Shown here one piece after another: positions 20,118-29,793 of a stretch of 64,000 bases of DNA; the stretch's first letter is position 1, and each line of letters opens with the position of its first letter. Location: assembly GCA_964291295.2 (NCBI GenBank), contig OZ219754.1, forward strand, positions 3,008,001-3,072,000, read 5' to 3'. The notes beneath the pieces are model-generated. The model made no database searches, had not been told where the DNA came from, and saw only the letters and a list, made by a program, of their open reading frames with translations. Position numbers and translations under genes: made by a program. Origin of the DNA: an uncultured Candidatus Binatia bacterium (GTDB taxonomy: Bacteria > Desulfobacterota > Binatia > UBA9968 > JAJDTQ01).

Positions 20118-21305
20118 CTATCGCGCCGCCTCCCGTTGCCGCCGGAACAGCCCGGCCACGCCGGCGCCGATGGCGAAGGAGATCAGTCCCAAGGCGATGA
20201 AGCCCGAGTGGAAACCCAGGTCCGCAACCAGGACGCCCGCGATGAGGGGTCCAAAGGTTCGGCCCATGGAGCTGCCGCCGCGGATCAGTCCCAGGGCGAC
20301 ACCCTTGCCGGAGTCGTCGGCGAGTTGCAGGGCAAGGGTCGTGGAACCCACGTTGGAGAGGCCGAAGCCGGCGGTCATGAGGCACAGGGGCAGCAGCAGC
20401 GCGAGGTAGCCGTGACCCACCACCTGAAGAACGAAGGCGGGAACCGTGACCAGGACGCCCAGGAGGATCACCGTGCGGGCACCGATACGGTCGCACAGCC
20501 AGCCGCCGCCCAGCCTTCCGGCAGTGTCGGCCAGACGGGAGATGCTGACCATGGTGCCGATGATGTCCAGGGTCAGGCCCCGCCGCACCGCCAGGAAAGG
20601 GAAGGCGATGCGAGTGACGCCGACGAGACAAAGGAACGATTGAAAGATGGCGAGCATGGCGCCGAGAAAACCGCGCTGGCTCAACAGCCCCGTTCCCACC
20701 CGCCAGAGCGGAAGGGGGCTCCGCTCCACCGGCTTCTCGGTCCGATGCCCCCGGGCCAGCAGGATGAAGAGCAGGCCGGCGCTCTGCGGCACCGCCACCA
20801 GGAGAAACAGCTTGTCGAGGCCCCACCACTCGCCGACAAACCCGCCCAGGGTCGGACCCAGGGCGAAGCCGAGACCCAGGGCAGCCGCCACCTGACCCTG
20901 CGCCCGGCCTTGCCGGGCGGGCGTGGACTGCACGAAAACGATGCGCCGGATGGCGAGACTGAACATCGCCTCGGTCAGGCCGAGAATGGCGAAGGCCACC
21001 AGAAAAACCGCCAGGCTGTCCTGGAACGCGAAACCCAGAAGCGCCGTCACCACGGCGATGCACACCGACGCCAGCAGCAGAAAGCTCGAACGGAAACACG
21101 ACGCCAGCGTGCCGGACACCACGTCGGAACAGAGGGCGCCGACACCGTTGAGCAGCAGCGGCATGCCCACCACCGCCAGGGGGAACCCCTTGGCATCCAT
21201 GTAGAAGGGCGCCAGCATGGAGGCGCCAATGGCACCCGCAGCCATGCAGATGGCGGCCAGCGCATAAAGCAGGTTCGACGAGACTCCGATCCGCCGGCGC
21301 ATCAC
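20118..21305 (-). CDS. MFS transporter
   Basis: Hydrophobic 12-TM pattern; GWLCDRIGAR, QGRAQG, LGPTLGG. Confidence 0.88.
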   Translation of the reverse strand: MMRRRIGVSSNLLYALAAICMAAGAIGASMLAPFYMDAKGFPLAVVGMPLLLNGVGALCSDVVSGTLASCFRSSFLLLASVCIAVVTALLGFAFQDSLAVFLVAFAILGLTEAMFSLAIRRIVFVQSTPARQGRAQGQVAAALGLGFALGPTLGGFVGEWWGLDKLFLLVAVPQSAGLLFILLARGHRTEKPVERSPLPLWRVGTGLLSQRGFLGAMLAIFQSFLCLVGVTRIAFPFLAVRRGLTLDIIGTMVSISRLADTAGRLGGGWLCDRIGARTVILLGVLVTVPAFVLQVVGHGYLALLLPLCLMTAGFGLSNVGSTTLALQLADDSGKGVALGLIRGGSSMGRTFGPLIAGVLVADLGFHSGFIALGLISFAIGAGVAGLFRRQREAAR

Positions 21306-21468
21306 TGTTACCCCCGCAAGCCGGCCTCACCCACAACGTCACCGCCAGGGAACCGGAAAGCGCCCGAGGAAAGACTGGCCGGCACCGGAGAACTACGGTC
21401 CGGTCCTGGGAGACTCGAGGGGTGGGCGCCCGCCGCTCCCGCCGGAAGGAAGGCCCGCGGAACCTCCT

Positions 21469-22341
21469 TCAGTCTTCCGGGGTGACTCCCTTGACCACGT
21501 AGTCGCCGGACTTTTCGTCCGCCTCGAGGTCCAGCAACTGCTGAGCCTGAGCCTCCTCCAGGAGTTTCCCGAAGGAGCGAAAGCCGTGGTAGCGCTCGTT
21601 GAAGCCGGGCTTGCGCCGCTTGAGCGCCTGCTTGACCATGGAGCCCCAGATCTTGTCCTTCGCACCGCGCTCGTCGAAGAGGTGGGTGACGGTCTCGACC
21701 ACCAGATCCAGGGCCTCCTGCGCCTCCTTCTTCTCCTCCCTGTCCTCCTTCTCGTCCTTCTCCTTGTCCTTCTCCTCCACCGGAGCGACGGTCTTGCGCG
21801 GGCTGCGCGCCGCGGTCTTGACGCGCCGGGTTCCGCTGCGGCGCCTGGAGTCGCGCACCAGGTCGTCGTAGTAGATGAACTCGTCGCAGTTGGCGATGAG
21901 CAGATCCGAGGTGGAGTTCTTGACCCCTACGCCGATGACGACCTTGTTGTTCTCCCGGAGCTTGCTGACCAGCGCGGAAAAATCGGAGTCGCCACTGATG
22001 ATCACGAACGTATCCACGTGGGATTTCGTGTAGCACAGGTCCAGCGCATCCACGACCATGCGAATGTCCGCAGAGTTCTTGCCCGACTGGCGCACGTGCG
22101 GAATCTCGATCAACTCGAAGGAGGCCTCGTGCATGGCGGGCTTGTACTCACGGTAGCGTTCCCAGTCGGAGTAGGCCTTCTTGACCACGATCTTGCCCTT
22201 GACCAGCAACCGGTCCAGAACCTTCCGCATGTCGAAACTGGCGTACCGCGCATCACGGACGCCAATGGCAATGTTCTCGAAGTCGCAATAAAGCGCCAGA
22301 TTCTCGGTGGGCGCCGTGTTCTCGTTCTGTGGTGTTGTCAT
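21469..22341 (-). CDS. NYN (LabA/DUF88) domain protein with C-terminal OST-HTH/LOTUS domain
   Basis: YCDFEN, GKNSADIRMVVDALDL, ISGDSDF; C-terminal PGFNERYHGFRSFGKLLE. Confidence 0.92.
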   Translation of the reverse strand: MTTPQNENTAPTENLALYCDFENIAIGVRDARYASFDMRKVLDRLLVKGKIVVKKAYSDWERYREYKPAMHEASFELIEIPHVRQSGKNSADIRMVVDALDLCYTKSHVDTFVIISGDSDFSALVSKLRENNKVVIGVGVKNSTSDLLIANCDEFIYYDDLVRDSRRRSGTRRVKTAARSPRKTVAPVEEKDKEKDEKEDREEKKEAQEALDLVVETVTHLFDERGAKDKIWGSMVKQALKRRKPGFNERYHGFRSFGKLLEEAQAQQLLDLEADEKSGDYVVKGVTPED

Positions 22342-22365
22342 TTTCCCGTTTCCGTGCCTTCCCGG

Positions 22366-23325
22366 TCACCCCTTGATGACGTTTACCGGTGCGCCGTCGA
22401 GATAGCCTCGGATCGCCGCGACATAGCCGTCGAAGTAAGCGCCCAGGTTGGCCTGCTCCACGTAGCCCAGGTGCGGCGTGACCACCGTGTTGTCACACTG
22501 CCGCAGAGGATGGTCCACCGGCAGCGGCTCGGTATCGTAGACGTCCAGACCCGCGCCGGCGATGGTGCCATCCCGCAGCGCCTCCACCAGCGCCCGCTCC
22601 TGGACGATCGGACCCCTCGACGTGTTGATGAGCACCGCCGTGGGCTTCATCATCGCCAGCTCGGCGGCACCCAGCAGCCCCCGGGTACGGCCGCTCAGAA
22701 CCAGATGGATCGTCAGGATGTCGGAACGCGACAGCAACTCCTCCTTGCCGACCCGCGCCACTCCCACCTCCCGGCAGCGCTCCCCGGTCAGATTCTGGCT
22801 CCAGGCGATGACCTCCATCCCGAAAGCCAGCCCGACGCGGGCCACCCGGGCGCCAAGCTTTCCCAGGCCCGCCACTCCCAGGGTCTTGCCCGACAGGCCT
22901 TCGCCCACGGTCTCCTGCCAGCGGCCCTCGCGCATGGCCCGGTCCTCTCGCGGGATATGCCGGAGCAGCCCGATGATCAGCCCCCAGGTCAGTTCCGCGG
23001 TGGGAGCGCCGACACTCGGAGTGCCGCAAACCGTTACGCCGCGCTGCCGGGCCGCGGCCATGTCGATGGAGGCGTTGCGCATGCCGCTGGTCACCAGCAG
23101 CCGCAAGTCGGGCAGCCGCTCCAGCAGACCGCGGCGAAACGGCGTGCGCTCGCGCATGACGCAGATGATCTCGAACGGCGCCAACCGCTTCGCCAAAGCC
23201 TCCTCGTCATCCAGGTGGTCGTGAAATACCGTAACGCCGACGTTCCCGGCCACCTCCCTGGCGTCCAGCAGGGAGCGGGCCACATGCGAATAGTCGTCCA
23301 GAAATGCGGCCCGGGGCTTGCTCAT
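22366..23325 (-). CDS. D-2-hydroxyacid dehydrogenase family protein
   Basis: MRERTPF, GLGKLG, INTSRGPIV, GLDVYDTEP, TPHLGY. Confidence 0.93.
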   Translation of the reverse strand: MSKPRAAFLDDYSHVARSLLDAREVAGNVGVTVFHDHLDDEEALAKRLAPFEIICVMRERTPFRRGLLERLPDLRLLVTSGMRNASIDMAAARQRGVTVCGTPSVGAPTAELTWGLIIGLLRHIPREDRAMREGRWQETVGEGLSGKTLGVAGLGKLGARVARVGLAFGMEVIAWSQNLTGERCREVGVARVGKEELLSRSDILTIHLVLSGRTRGLLGAAELAMMKPTAVLINTSRGPIVQERALVEALRDGTIAGAGLDVYDTEPLPVDHPLRQCDNTVVTPHLGYVEQANLGAYFDGYVAAIRGYLDGAPVNVIKG

Positions 23326-23360
23326 GCGGTTCCTTTCGGGGGCTCTCTCACTGCGCCTGG

Positions 23361-23459
23361 GGAAGGTCTGAACAACCCCGAGTGCGATGGGGCTGCATCC
23401 GTACAATCAATGGGCTGCGAGCAGCTCGCTGTTGTGCCATCGCCTTGTTCGGACCTTCC
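23361..23459. mobile_element. 99-bp MITE with IS5-like terminal inverted repeats
   Basis: GGAAGGTCTGAACAA...TTGTTCGGACCTTCC (14/15 match), resembling the IS5 end GGAAGGTGCGAAYAAG; flanked by CTGG/CCGG, an imperfect 4-bp duplication. Confidence 0.7.
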
Positions 23460-23536
23460 CCGGGGAAACGTGCGCACCGCCCTGCCGGCGGCGGGTCCGA
23501 ATCCGCCGTCCCCCGGGAACTGCGTATCGCGGGCTC

Positions 23537-24160
23537 TCAAGAGTCCAGGTCGCGGAGTATCGCACGGCACGGAGCACCGTCCGCGCCGGCGATGCACACG
23601 GGGAGGCAGATCAACTCGTACCAGCCGGGTCGGATATCCGTCAGATCGACCCCCTCCAGCAGCGCGAAGCCGTGATCCAGGAAGGCCCGGTGGACCGCCA
23701 CCTGCTCGTCGGCGTGGGCCACCGAGAGATAATCGAGTCCCACCAGCTGGTAACCTCTGGCCACCAGCGCCTCCGCCGCCTCCACCGAGAAGGCCGTGAA
23801 GTCCGGGTCGTAGACGGCGCGCCGCAGCAACTCCGAGTTGCGGGTCTTGAACAGGATCCGCTCACCCGGAGGAATCACGGCGACATGCTCCGCGGTGATG
23901 TAGCGATGGGCGTCCACCGCGTGCACCCGCGCCGGCCCGATGAAGCGTTCCAGCGGCAACTGGTCGATGGCCGCCCCATCGGGTACGAAGTGAAACGGAG
24001 CGTCCACGTGGGTGCCGCTGTGAACGCTCATGTTCACGCTCGACGAGTTGTTGGGATCCCCGCGCCGCATCCGCCGCCGCTCCAGCAGCTCGAAGGGTGC
24101 GGCCGTCACCCAACGTGCGGTGGCGGTGCCGAGCTTGAGTGAAATGTCGTAGTACCGCAT
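23537..24160 (-). CDS. Cyclase family metal-dependent hydrolase (kynurenine formamidase-like)
   Basis: HSGTHVDAPFHF, VGLDYLS, HRAFL, GADGAPCRAIL. Confidence 0.92.
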   Translation of the reverse strand: MRYYDISLKLGTATARWVTAAPFELLERRRMRRGDPNNSSSVNMSVHSGTHVDAPFHFVPDGAAIDQLPLERFIGPARVHAVDAHRYITAEHVAVIPPGERILFKTRNSELLRRAVYDPDFTAFSVEAAEALVARGYQLVGLDYLSVAHADEQVAVHRAFLDHGFALLEGVDLTDIRPGWYELICLPVCIAGADGAPCRAILRDLDS

Positions 24161-24181
24161 GCGGCTCCCGCGCCACGACGC

Positions 24182-25021
24182 TTACAGATCCCGGCAGATG
24201 GCGGATTGCGGCACCTCGGCGCAAAAGGCCAACAGCCGTTCCCGTTCCGCTTGCGCATCCCGCCGCGGCGAGCCGGTCCGCGGTGGATTCGCCGGCGCCC
24301 GCGCCGCGCTCTGACGATCCAGGCGAGCAGCGAGTTCGGCATAGCGTTGCTGCAGGGCTTCCTTGTTCTCCCGCAGCGACAGGAGCACTTCCTTCCAGCG
24401 CTCGTCGTCGCGCGCGTTCCGCTGAGCCAGCGACTCCCGCCCGCTCTCCGCCGCTTTCAGAACCGCATCCAGACGCTTCTCGAGACTTGCCAAGGCGGCG
24501 GCCTGCTCGTCGGAGCGGGACGATCGGGCGAAAGCCTCGTCCAACTCCTCCAATCGGGAGGTCAGGCTCTCCTGATTCCGCTCCACCAGCGCCTTCAACT
24601 CGGCTTGGCGCCGGTCCCCTTCGCGGGCCTCGGCGGCGCTGCGACTCAGCTTCTGCTCGAGACTCTCACGCAACCCGACCAAGGCCTTTTCCCGCCGCTC
24701 TTCAAGGCGCCCGGCCCACCGGGTCAGTTCCTGCTGGAGGAGTTCCGTTTGCGTCGCCGTCACGATGGCGGCGAACTTTTCTTCCAATGACTCGGAATCC
24801 TGCGCCCTCCCGTCGCCGCCATGCAGCTCCAGAGTTTCCCGAATTCTCGCAAGCTGGTCTTCGGCGTGGGTCATGGAGAACATCATCTCGGTGACGCCGG
24901 TTTCGTTCCCGGCAGCCATCCGGTCCACCACGGCCCTGAGGTTTCGGGTCTCCCACGCCGTGTACCCCACGCTCACACCGGCCGCCAGAAGGGCCAGAAA
25001 TGCCAAGGTCTTGCCGATCAA
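24182..25021 (-). CDS. Hypothetical membrane-anchored coiled-coil protein
   Basis: N-terminal hydrophobic segment, long E/L/R/Q-rich heptad region, C-terminal C-x8-C; fills the gap between co-oriented genes. Confidence 0.65.
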   Translation of the reverse strand: MIGKTLAFLALLAAGVSVGYTAWETRNLRAVVDRMAAGNETGVTEMMFSMTHAEDQLARIRETLELHGGDGRAQDSESLEEKFAAIVTATQTELLQQELTRWAGRLEERREKALVGLRESLEQKLSRSAAEAREGDRRQAELKALVERNQESLTSRLEELDEAFARSSRSDEQAAALASLEKRLDAVLKAAESGRESLAQRNARDDERWKEVLLSLRENKEALQQRYAELAARLDRQSAARAPANPPRTGSPRRDAQAERERLLAFCAEVPQSAICRDL

Positions 25022-25048
25022 TGAAATCGTCCAACCAGCCCCAACCCG

Positions 25049-25795
25049 TCAGTTCGAGGTGGCTTCCGGTGGACCCACCGCCTCCGGGCCGAGTCGGGGG
25101 CGAACGAAAGTCTGATAGATGGATTCGTTCTGCAGCCACATGATGTCCACGCGTGTCCGCACCGCCGCCCGCATCTCCTCCTGGAGCCCCGCATCCATGA
25201 TGTGTTCCTTGATCACGTCCACGATGAAGTTGCCGTGCCCTTCGTCATGGTACTCGTGGGCCCGGAAGAACGCCAAGGAGTCGGACGGAATCCATGAATA
25301 GTGCGTCTCGAGGGCCTGGCGCTCCTCGCCCATGCGCCGGGGACCCTCGCCCTCGAAGACCAGGCCGGTGCCGATGGCCACGGCCCAGTGGCTCTGTTGC
25401 ACCAGCTGGACGTACATCTCAAGCGCCGCCCTGATTCCCGGCAGCGGCTCGCAGCCGTGCATCTCTTCACGCGAGATGCCCAGTCCCTCACCAAAGCGGG
25501 TCCACAACTCGGCGTGGCTGGGGTACTCCCCTCCGAACAGATCCTCGCCTTCCTCCTCCACCATGTTTTCCAGCAGCATGCGTCGCAACGCCTGGATGGG
25601 ACACTTCTGGTAGCGTATGCCGAAGAAGCGGTGGATGTTGCGGAATTCGTGAAACTGGTTCTTGGCCCACTCCCGCAACTGTTCGCGCGTGAGCGCACCC
25701 TCCAGCAGCATGCGCCGCAGTGGATGCACTGGATGCCGGCCCCGCAGAACGCCGCGGAGATCGTCGATGAAAGCTTCCGGCGACAGGCTTGCCAT
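25049..25795 (-). CDS. Heme-oxygenase-like (PqqC/CADD/TenA fold) putative diiron oxidase
   Basis: HP..G.LTREQLREW, ENMVEEEG...SHAELW..F..GLG, FE and FFRAHEYHDEGH (H-x3-D-x2-H). Confidence 0.82.
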   Translation of the reverse strand: MASLSPEAFIDDLRGVLRGRHPVHPLRRMLLEGALTREQLREWAKNQFHEFRNIHRFFGIRYQKCPIQALRRMLLENMVEEEGEDLFGGEYPSHAELWTRFGEGLGISREEMHGCEPLPGIRAALEMYVQLVQQSHWAVAIGTGLVFEGEGPRRMGEERQALETHYSWIPSDSLAFFRAHEYHDEGHGNFIVDVIKEHIMDAGLQEEMRAAVRTRVDIMWLQNESIYQTFVRPRLGPEAVGPPEATSN

Positions 25796-25815
25796 GCGTC
25801 CCGCTCCCCTGCCGG

Positions 25816-27489
25816 CTACTGCCGGGCCGTGAAGAGTTGCTGCCGCCGTACCTTTCCCGGGAAGACATCCCTGCACTCGCCGTCTTCCAGGACGACCTCG
25901 CCGTTGACGACCACGGCGCCGATTCCCGGCGGATGGCGATGGATCTCTTCTTCGTCGAGCTTGGCCGGCATGCGCTTGCTGACGAGGTCATCGATCTTGT
26001 CCGGATCGAAGATCGTCATGTCCGCCGGCAAACCGGTTTTCAGAAGGCCCCGGTTCATCCCCAGCCTGGCCGCGGGATGGCCGGTCACCTTGTGCACCGC
26101 CTCCTCCAGATTGAAGAGCTTCTTCTCGCGCCGCCAGTAACCCAGCACACGGGTGGGCGCGCCATGCCAGAAGAACCGGTCCAGATGCGCGCCGGCGTCG
26201 GTGCCGATGAGCCCTTCGGTAGTCTTGATCATCTCGGCCAGCAGGTCCATGTGGCCGTTGGCGAAGCCCTGGTAGTAAAGCCTGGAGGCCAGCCCGTCGT
26301 CGAGCCACGTGTCGAAGAAGGCGTCCACCTCGGACTTGCCGCTGGCCCCGGCGATCTCCGCGACGCTCTGTCCCTCGCGGGACTTGAGATCCTCCCGCCG
26401 CATCACGTCAAAATACACGCCGCCCCATCCCAGCCATTCGGGATAGGCCGGCTGGCCCGCGTTCTCACGCCGCTGCGCGTCGAGCCGCCGCCGGATGTCG
26501 GGATCCCCGAGCCTGGCCGCGAGCGCGCCCCGGTCGTGCCGGATCTCTTCCCACAGGGGCAGGCCGTCCAGAATGAAGCAGTCTTCGAGATCGAAGCGCC
26601 GGATGTGCGCGTAGGGGATCACCACGCCATAGATGTTCTTGCCCCGCTCCCTGGCCTCCTTCATGAGTTCGATGGCCCGGACGCCGTCGTCCTTCTCGCC
26701 GGGGCGCACCCGGAACTCATTGCCTATCATCGGCACATGGATCTTCTCCACCAGTTCGGGGAACCCGCTCTCCGGCTTCAACAGATTGCCGAAGCCGTTG
26801 AACTGGAAGCAGCCGCCGTACTCTCCGGCGACGTTGGCAAGGACCGCCATCTCTTCCTGGCTGGCCAGGGTGCTGGGAGTGCCGGCGTGGATGGCGGGGC
26901 CGCCGCGCGGGCTGGAGGAGAAGCCGATGCCGCCGGCCTCCATGCCCTCCCGGACCATCTGCTTCATGGTCTCCAGCTCCTCCGGGGTGGACTCCCGCCG
27001 GCAGGCCGCCTCGCCCATGACCGTGAGCCGCACCGGAGAGTGGGGAACCAGGGCGGCCACGTTCACGCCCACCCGGCCCTCGAGCCGGTCGAGGTATTCG
27101 GGAAAGGTGGTCCAATTCCAGTCCTTGTCCTCGACATAGTCGTCGAGAACCCTGCGCAGGTAGTGGATCAGCACCTCCCGCGGCTCTCCCGCGGGCGGCA
27201 CCGGCGCGATGGAGGCGCCGCAGTCACCGATGACGATGGAGGTGACGCCGTAGTTGACCACCGGGTTGCCGTGGGGATACTGCACGATGAAAAGGTCCAT
27301 GTGGGTGTGGGAATCGATGAACCCCGGCGCCACCACCTGGCCGCGGGCATCGAACTCGGTCCGGCCCGGCCCCAGGTTCTTCCCCATCGCCGCAATGACT
27401 CCCCCATCCACCGCCACGTCCGTTTCGAAACCGGGGCTGCCGGTGCCGTCCACCACCAAGCCGTTTTTCACAAGCAGATCATGCGCCAT
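25816..27489 (-). CDS. Amidohydrolase (N-acyl-D-amino-acid deacylase family)
   Basis: VVDGTG, APGFIDSHTHMD, GTDAGAH, LEEAVHKVTG.PA, ADMTIFDP. Confidence 0.9.
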   Translation of the reverse strand: MAHDLLVKNGLVVDGTGSPGFETDVAVDGGVIAAMGKNLGPGRTEFDARGQVVAPGFIDSHTHMDLFIVQYPHGNPVVNYGVTSIVIGDCGASIAPVPPAGEPREVLIHYLRRVLDDYVEDKDWNWTTFPEYLDRLEGRVGVNVAALVPHSPVRLTVMGEAACRRESTPEELETMKQMVREGMEAGGIGFSSSPRGGPAIHAGTPSTLASQEEMAVLANVAGEYGGCFQFNGFGNLLKPESGFPELVEKIHVPMIGNEFRVRPGEKDDGVRAIELMKEARERGKNIYGVVIPYAHIRRFDLEDCFILDGLPLWEEIRHDRGALAARLGDPDIRRRLDAQRRENAGQPAYPEWLGWGGVYFDVMRREDLKSREGQSVAEIAGASGKSEVDAFFDTWLDDGLASRLYYQGFANGHMDLLAEMIKTTEGLIGTDAGAHLDRFFWHGAPTRVLGYWRREKKLFNLEEAVHKVTGHPAARLGMNRGLLKTGLPADMTIFDPDKIDDLVSKRMPAKLDEEEIHRHPPGIGAVVVNGEVVLEDGECRDVFPGKVRRQQLFTARQ

Positions 27490-27717
27490 GGTTCTCCCTC
27501 CGTGCGGTCGCCCGCAGTCGAAGCTCCTCGCCGCAGTCGAGGTTCGCCGCCGGGATTTGTCGCCGGCTCGCCGCCGAGACTCGCTGTCCGACTGTCATGA
27601 CCGGATTTTCCTAGTTAGACCAAAAGCCCTTGCCGCGTCAAGGAAAGAGCCGCCGCCGAACGGCCTCCCCGCAGCCCGGTGCTGGACGGGTTTGGCGCTT
27701 TGGACTAGAGTCTCCCC

Positions 27718-29394
27718 GTGACCCATCTGTCGACAGACGTGCTGGTGGTGGGCGCGGGCGGCGCCGGCATGTATGCGGCCATCGCCGCGGCCAGAGGGGG
27801 CGCCTCCGTGCTGTTGCTGGACAAGTCCCTGGTGGGCCGCGGCGGCGCCACCATCATGGCGCAGATGACCGTTGCCGCCGCCATCGGCCACGAAGAGCCC
27901 GACCACTGGACCGATCACCTCCGGGACACCCGGGCCGCGGGCCGGGAGCTCTGCGACGAGGGGCTGGCCCGGCTCCTGTGCGAGAACGGCCCCGCCAGGA
28001 TCTTCGAAATGGACGGCTGGGGCGCCCACTGGGCGCGCGGTGACGACCATCGCATCCGCCAGGTGAAAGCGCCGGGACACGGCCGGGCGCGCTGCTGCTA
28101 CGTGGACTTCCTGAATACCGGACCGGGCGTGGCCGGCACCCTGCGGCGGCAGGTGAGCACGCTGAGCCCGGTGCGGCGGCTGAGCAACGTCACGGTCACC
28201 GATATCGTCGTCAGCGGTGGCCGCGCCCGCGGCGCGGTGGGCGTCGACGTGGTGTCCGGCGGCGTGGTCACCTTCGCCGCCAGCGCCGTCATCCTGGCCG
28301 CCGGCGGCCTCACCAAGCTCTACCGCCGCAACAGCGCCTCCACCAACATGGGCGGCGAGGCATACGCCCTCGCCCTGTGGGCCGGGGCCGAACTCATCGA
28401 CATGGAATTCGTCCAGTTCTTTCCCATCGCCCACCTGGCCCCGCGCCTGGTGGGCATGGACCCGATCATGTGGGATCCGTTCCGCTACAAGCTGGGAGGA
28501 CGCCTGCTGAACGGGAACTTCGACGAGTTCATGCACCGCTACGGCGGCCAGGACCGCGGCACCTACACCACCGTGCGCGACCAGGCCTCCTACGCCATCC
28601 TGAAGGAAGTCGAAGCCGGCCGCGGTTCGCCGCACGGGGGCGTCTACCTCGACTTCCGGCACCTGTCCGACCAGACCCTCCGGGGCGCCTTCGGCCCGGT
28701 CATCGACCGCCTGGAGGACAACGGCATCGATCTTACCCGCACGCCCGTGGAGGTGGCGCCCGCCGCACACTACCATATGGGCGGCATTCGCGTGGACGGC
28801 CGCATGGAAACCCGCGTTGCCGGACTCTACGCCGCCGGCGAGGCGGTGGGCGGCGCCAACGGCGCCAACCGGCTTTCCGGCAACGCCATCACGGAGGCGC
28901 TGGTGTTCGGCGAATGCGCCGGGCGGGAGGCGGCCGCGGCCGTGGCCGGCACCTCCATCGGGTGGGATCCGGCGGCTGCCCGCGATGCGGGGGAACGCAT
29001 CCGGAGCGTCCTGGCCGCGCAGACTCCGGGCGGTGCCCCCGCCAACGTGCTGGAACGGAAACTTCAGGATCTCATGTGGGAGAAGGCCGGACCCTTTCGC
29101 ACCGGGGGACAGCTACGGCAGGCCCTCGACGGCATCCACGAACTGCGGAAGACCCCGGTGGCCGTGCCCCCCGCCGAGGGCTTCAATCTCGACCTCCAGG
29201 ACCGGCTGGAACTCCAGGCCATGCTGACCACCGCCGAGGCCGTGGTGCGAAGCGCGCTGGGCCGCACCGAGAGCCGCGGCGCCCACCAGCGCCTGGACTT
29301 TCCCGACAGCGATGCGGCGCTCGTGCGCAACCAGTTCGTCGGCATGACCGGCGATGAAGTCACCGCGCGGTGGCCGGACGCCCCCGGGTCGTGA
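27718..29394 (+). CDS. SdhA/FrdA/NadB-superfamily FAD-dependent oxidoreductase with atypical active site
   Basis: GAGGAG, MEFVQFFP, HYHMGG, GLYAAGE, GANRLSGN, RTESRGAH; GTG start. Confidence 0.9.
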   Translation: MTHLSTDVLVVGAGGAGMYAAIAAARGGASVLLLDKSLVGRGGATIMAQMTVAAAIGHEEPDHWTDHLRDTRAAGRELCDEGLARLLCENGPARIFEMDGWGAHWARGDDHRIRQVKAPGHGRARCCYVDFLNTGPGVAGTLRRQVSTLSPVRRLSNVTVTDIVVSGGRARGAVGVDVVSGGVVTFAASAVILAAGGLTKLYRRNSASTNMGGEAYALALWAGAELIDMEFVQFFPIAHLAPRLVGMDPIMWDPFRYKLGGRLLNGNFDEFMHRYGGQDRGTYTTVRDQASYAILKEVEAGRGSPHGGVYLDFRHLSDQTLRGAFGPVIDRLEDNGIDLTRTPVEVAPAAHYHMGGIRVDGRMETRVAGLYAAGEAVGGANGANRLSGNAITEALVFGECAGREAAAAVAGTSIGWDPAAARDAGERIRSVLAAQTPGGAPANVLERKLQDLMWEKAGPFRTGGQLRQALDGIHELRKTPVAVPPAEGFNLDLQDRLELQAMLTTAEAVVRSALGRTESRGAHQRLDFPDSDAALVRNQFVGMTGDEVTARWPDAPGS

Positions 29395-29417
29395 CGCCAG
29401 TCCCGCGAAAGAATCGC

Positions 29418-29789
29418 ATGACCGCCGACGATACCCGGACAGACAAGGAAATCACCGAATTGCGCGTGTGGCGCGGATGCGCCCCGGAGCAGGGCCGCCA
29501 CGAAGTGTACCGGGTCCCCTGGGACGAGGGCATGTCCGTACTGGATGCGCTGCTGTGGATACGCGCCCATGTGGACTCGAGCCTCGCGTTCCGTTACGGG
29601 TGCATCAACGCCAACGCGTGCAAGACCTGCATGGCGCTGGTGGACGGCCAGGTGGCCTACCTGTGCACGGCACGGCTGGCGCCCGCCGGGGGCCGGGTCG
29701 AGCCGCTGCCCAAACGGCCGCTGATCCGGGATCTGGTGACCGACACGGTGCCCGACGACGAGAAGCTGACGCCGCCCCGGCGGGAATGA
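29418..29789 (+). CDS. Stand-alone 2Fe-2S protein (SdhB/FrdB N-terminal domain only)
   Basis: MSVLDAL..I....D.SLAFRYGCINANACKTC...YLC...VEPL...LIRDLV; no 4Fe-4S/3Fe-4S domain. Confidence 0.88.
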   Translation: MTADDTRTDKEITELRVWRGCAPEQGRHEVYRVPWDEGMSVLDALLWIRAHVDSSLAFRYGCINANACKTCMALVDGQVAYLCTARLAPAGGRVEPLPKRPLIRDLVTDTVPDDEKLTPPRRE

Positions 29790-29793
29790 GGAC

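Noticed and set aside
21720-21780. Purine-rich low-complexity tract in the NYN gene
   Set aside because: It simply encodes a charged E/K/D linker between the NYN and OST-HTH domains.
25049-25795. PQQ biosynthesis (pqqC)
   Set aside because: No pqqA/B/D/E nearby; only fold-level similarity.
27718-29789. Canonical succinate dehydrogenase sdhAB
   Set aside because: It lacks the covalent-FAD His, the QFHP His, the SdhB C-terminal clusters and sdhCD.
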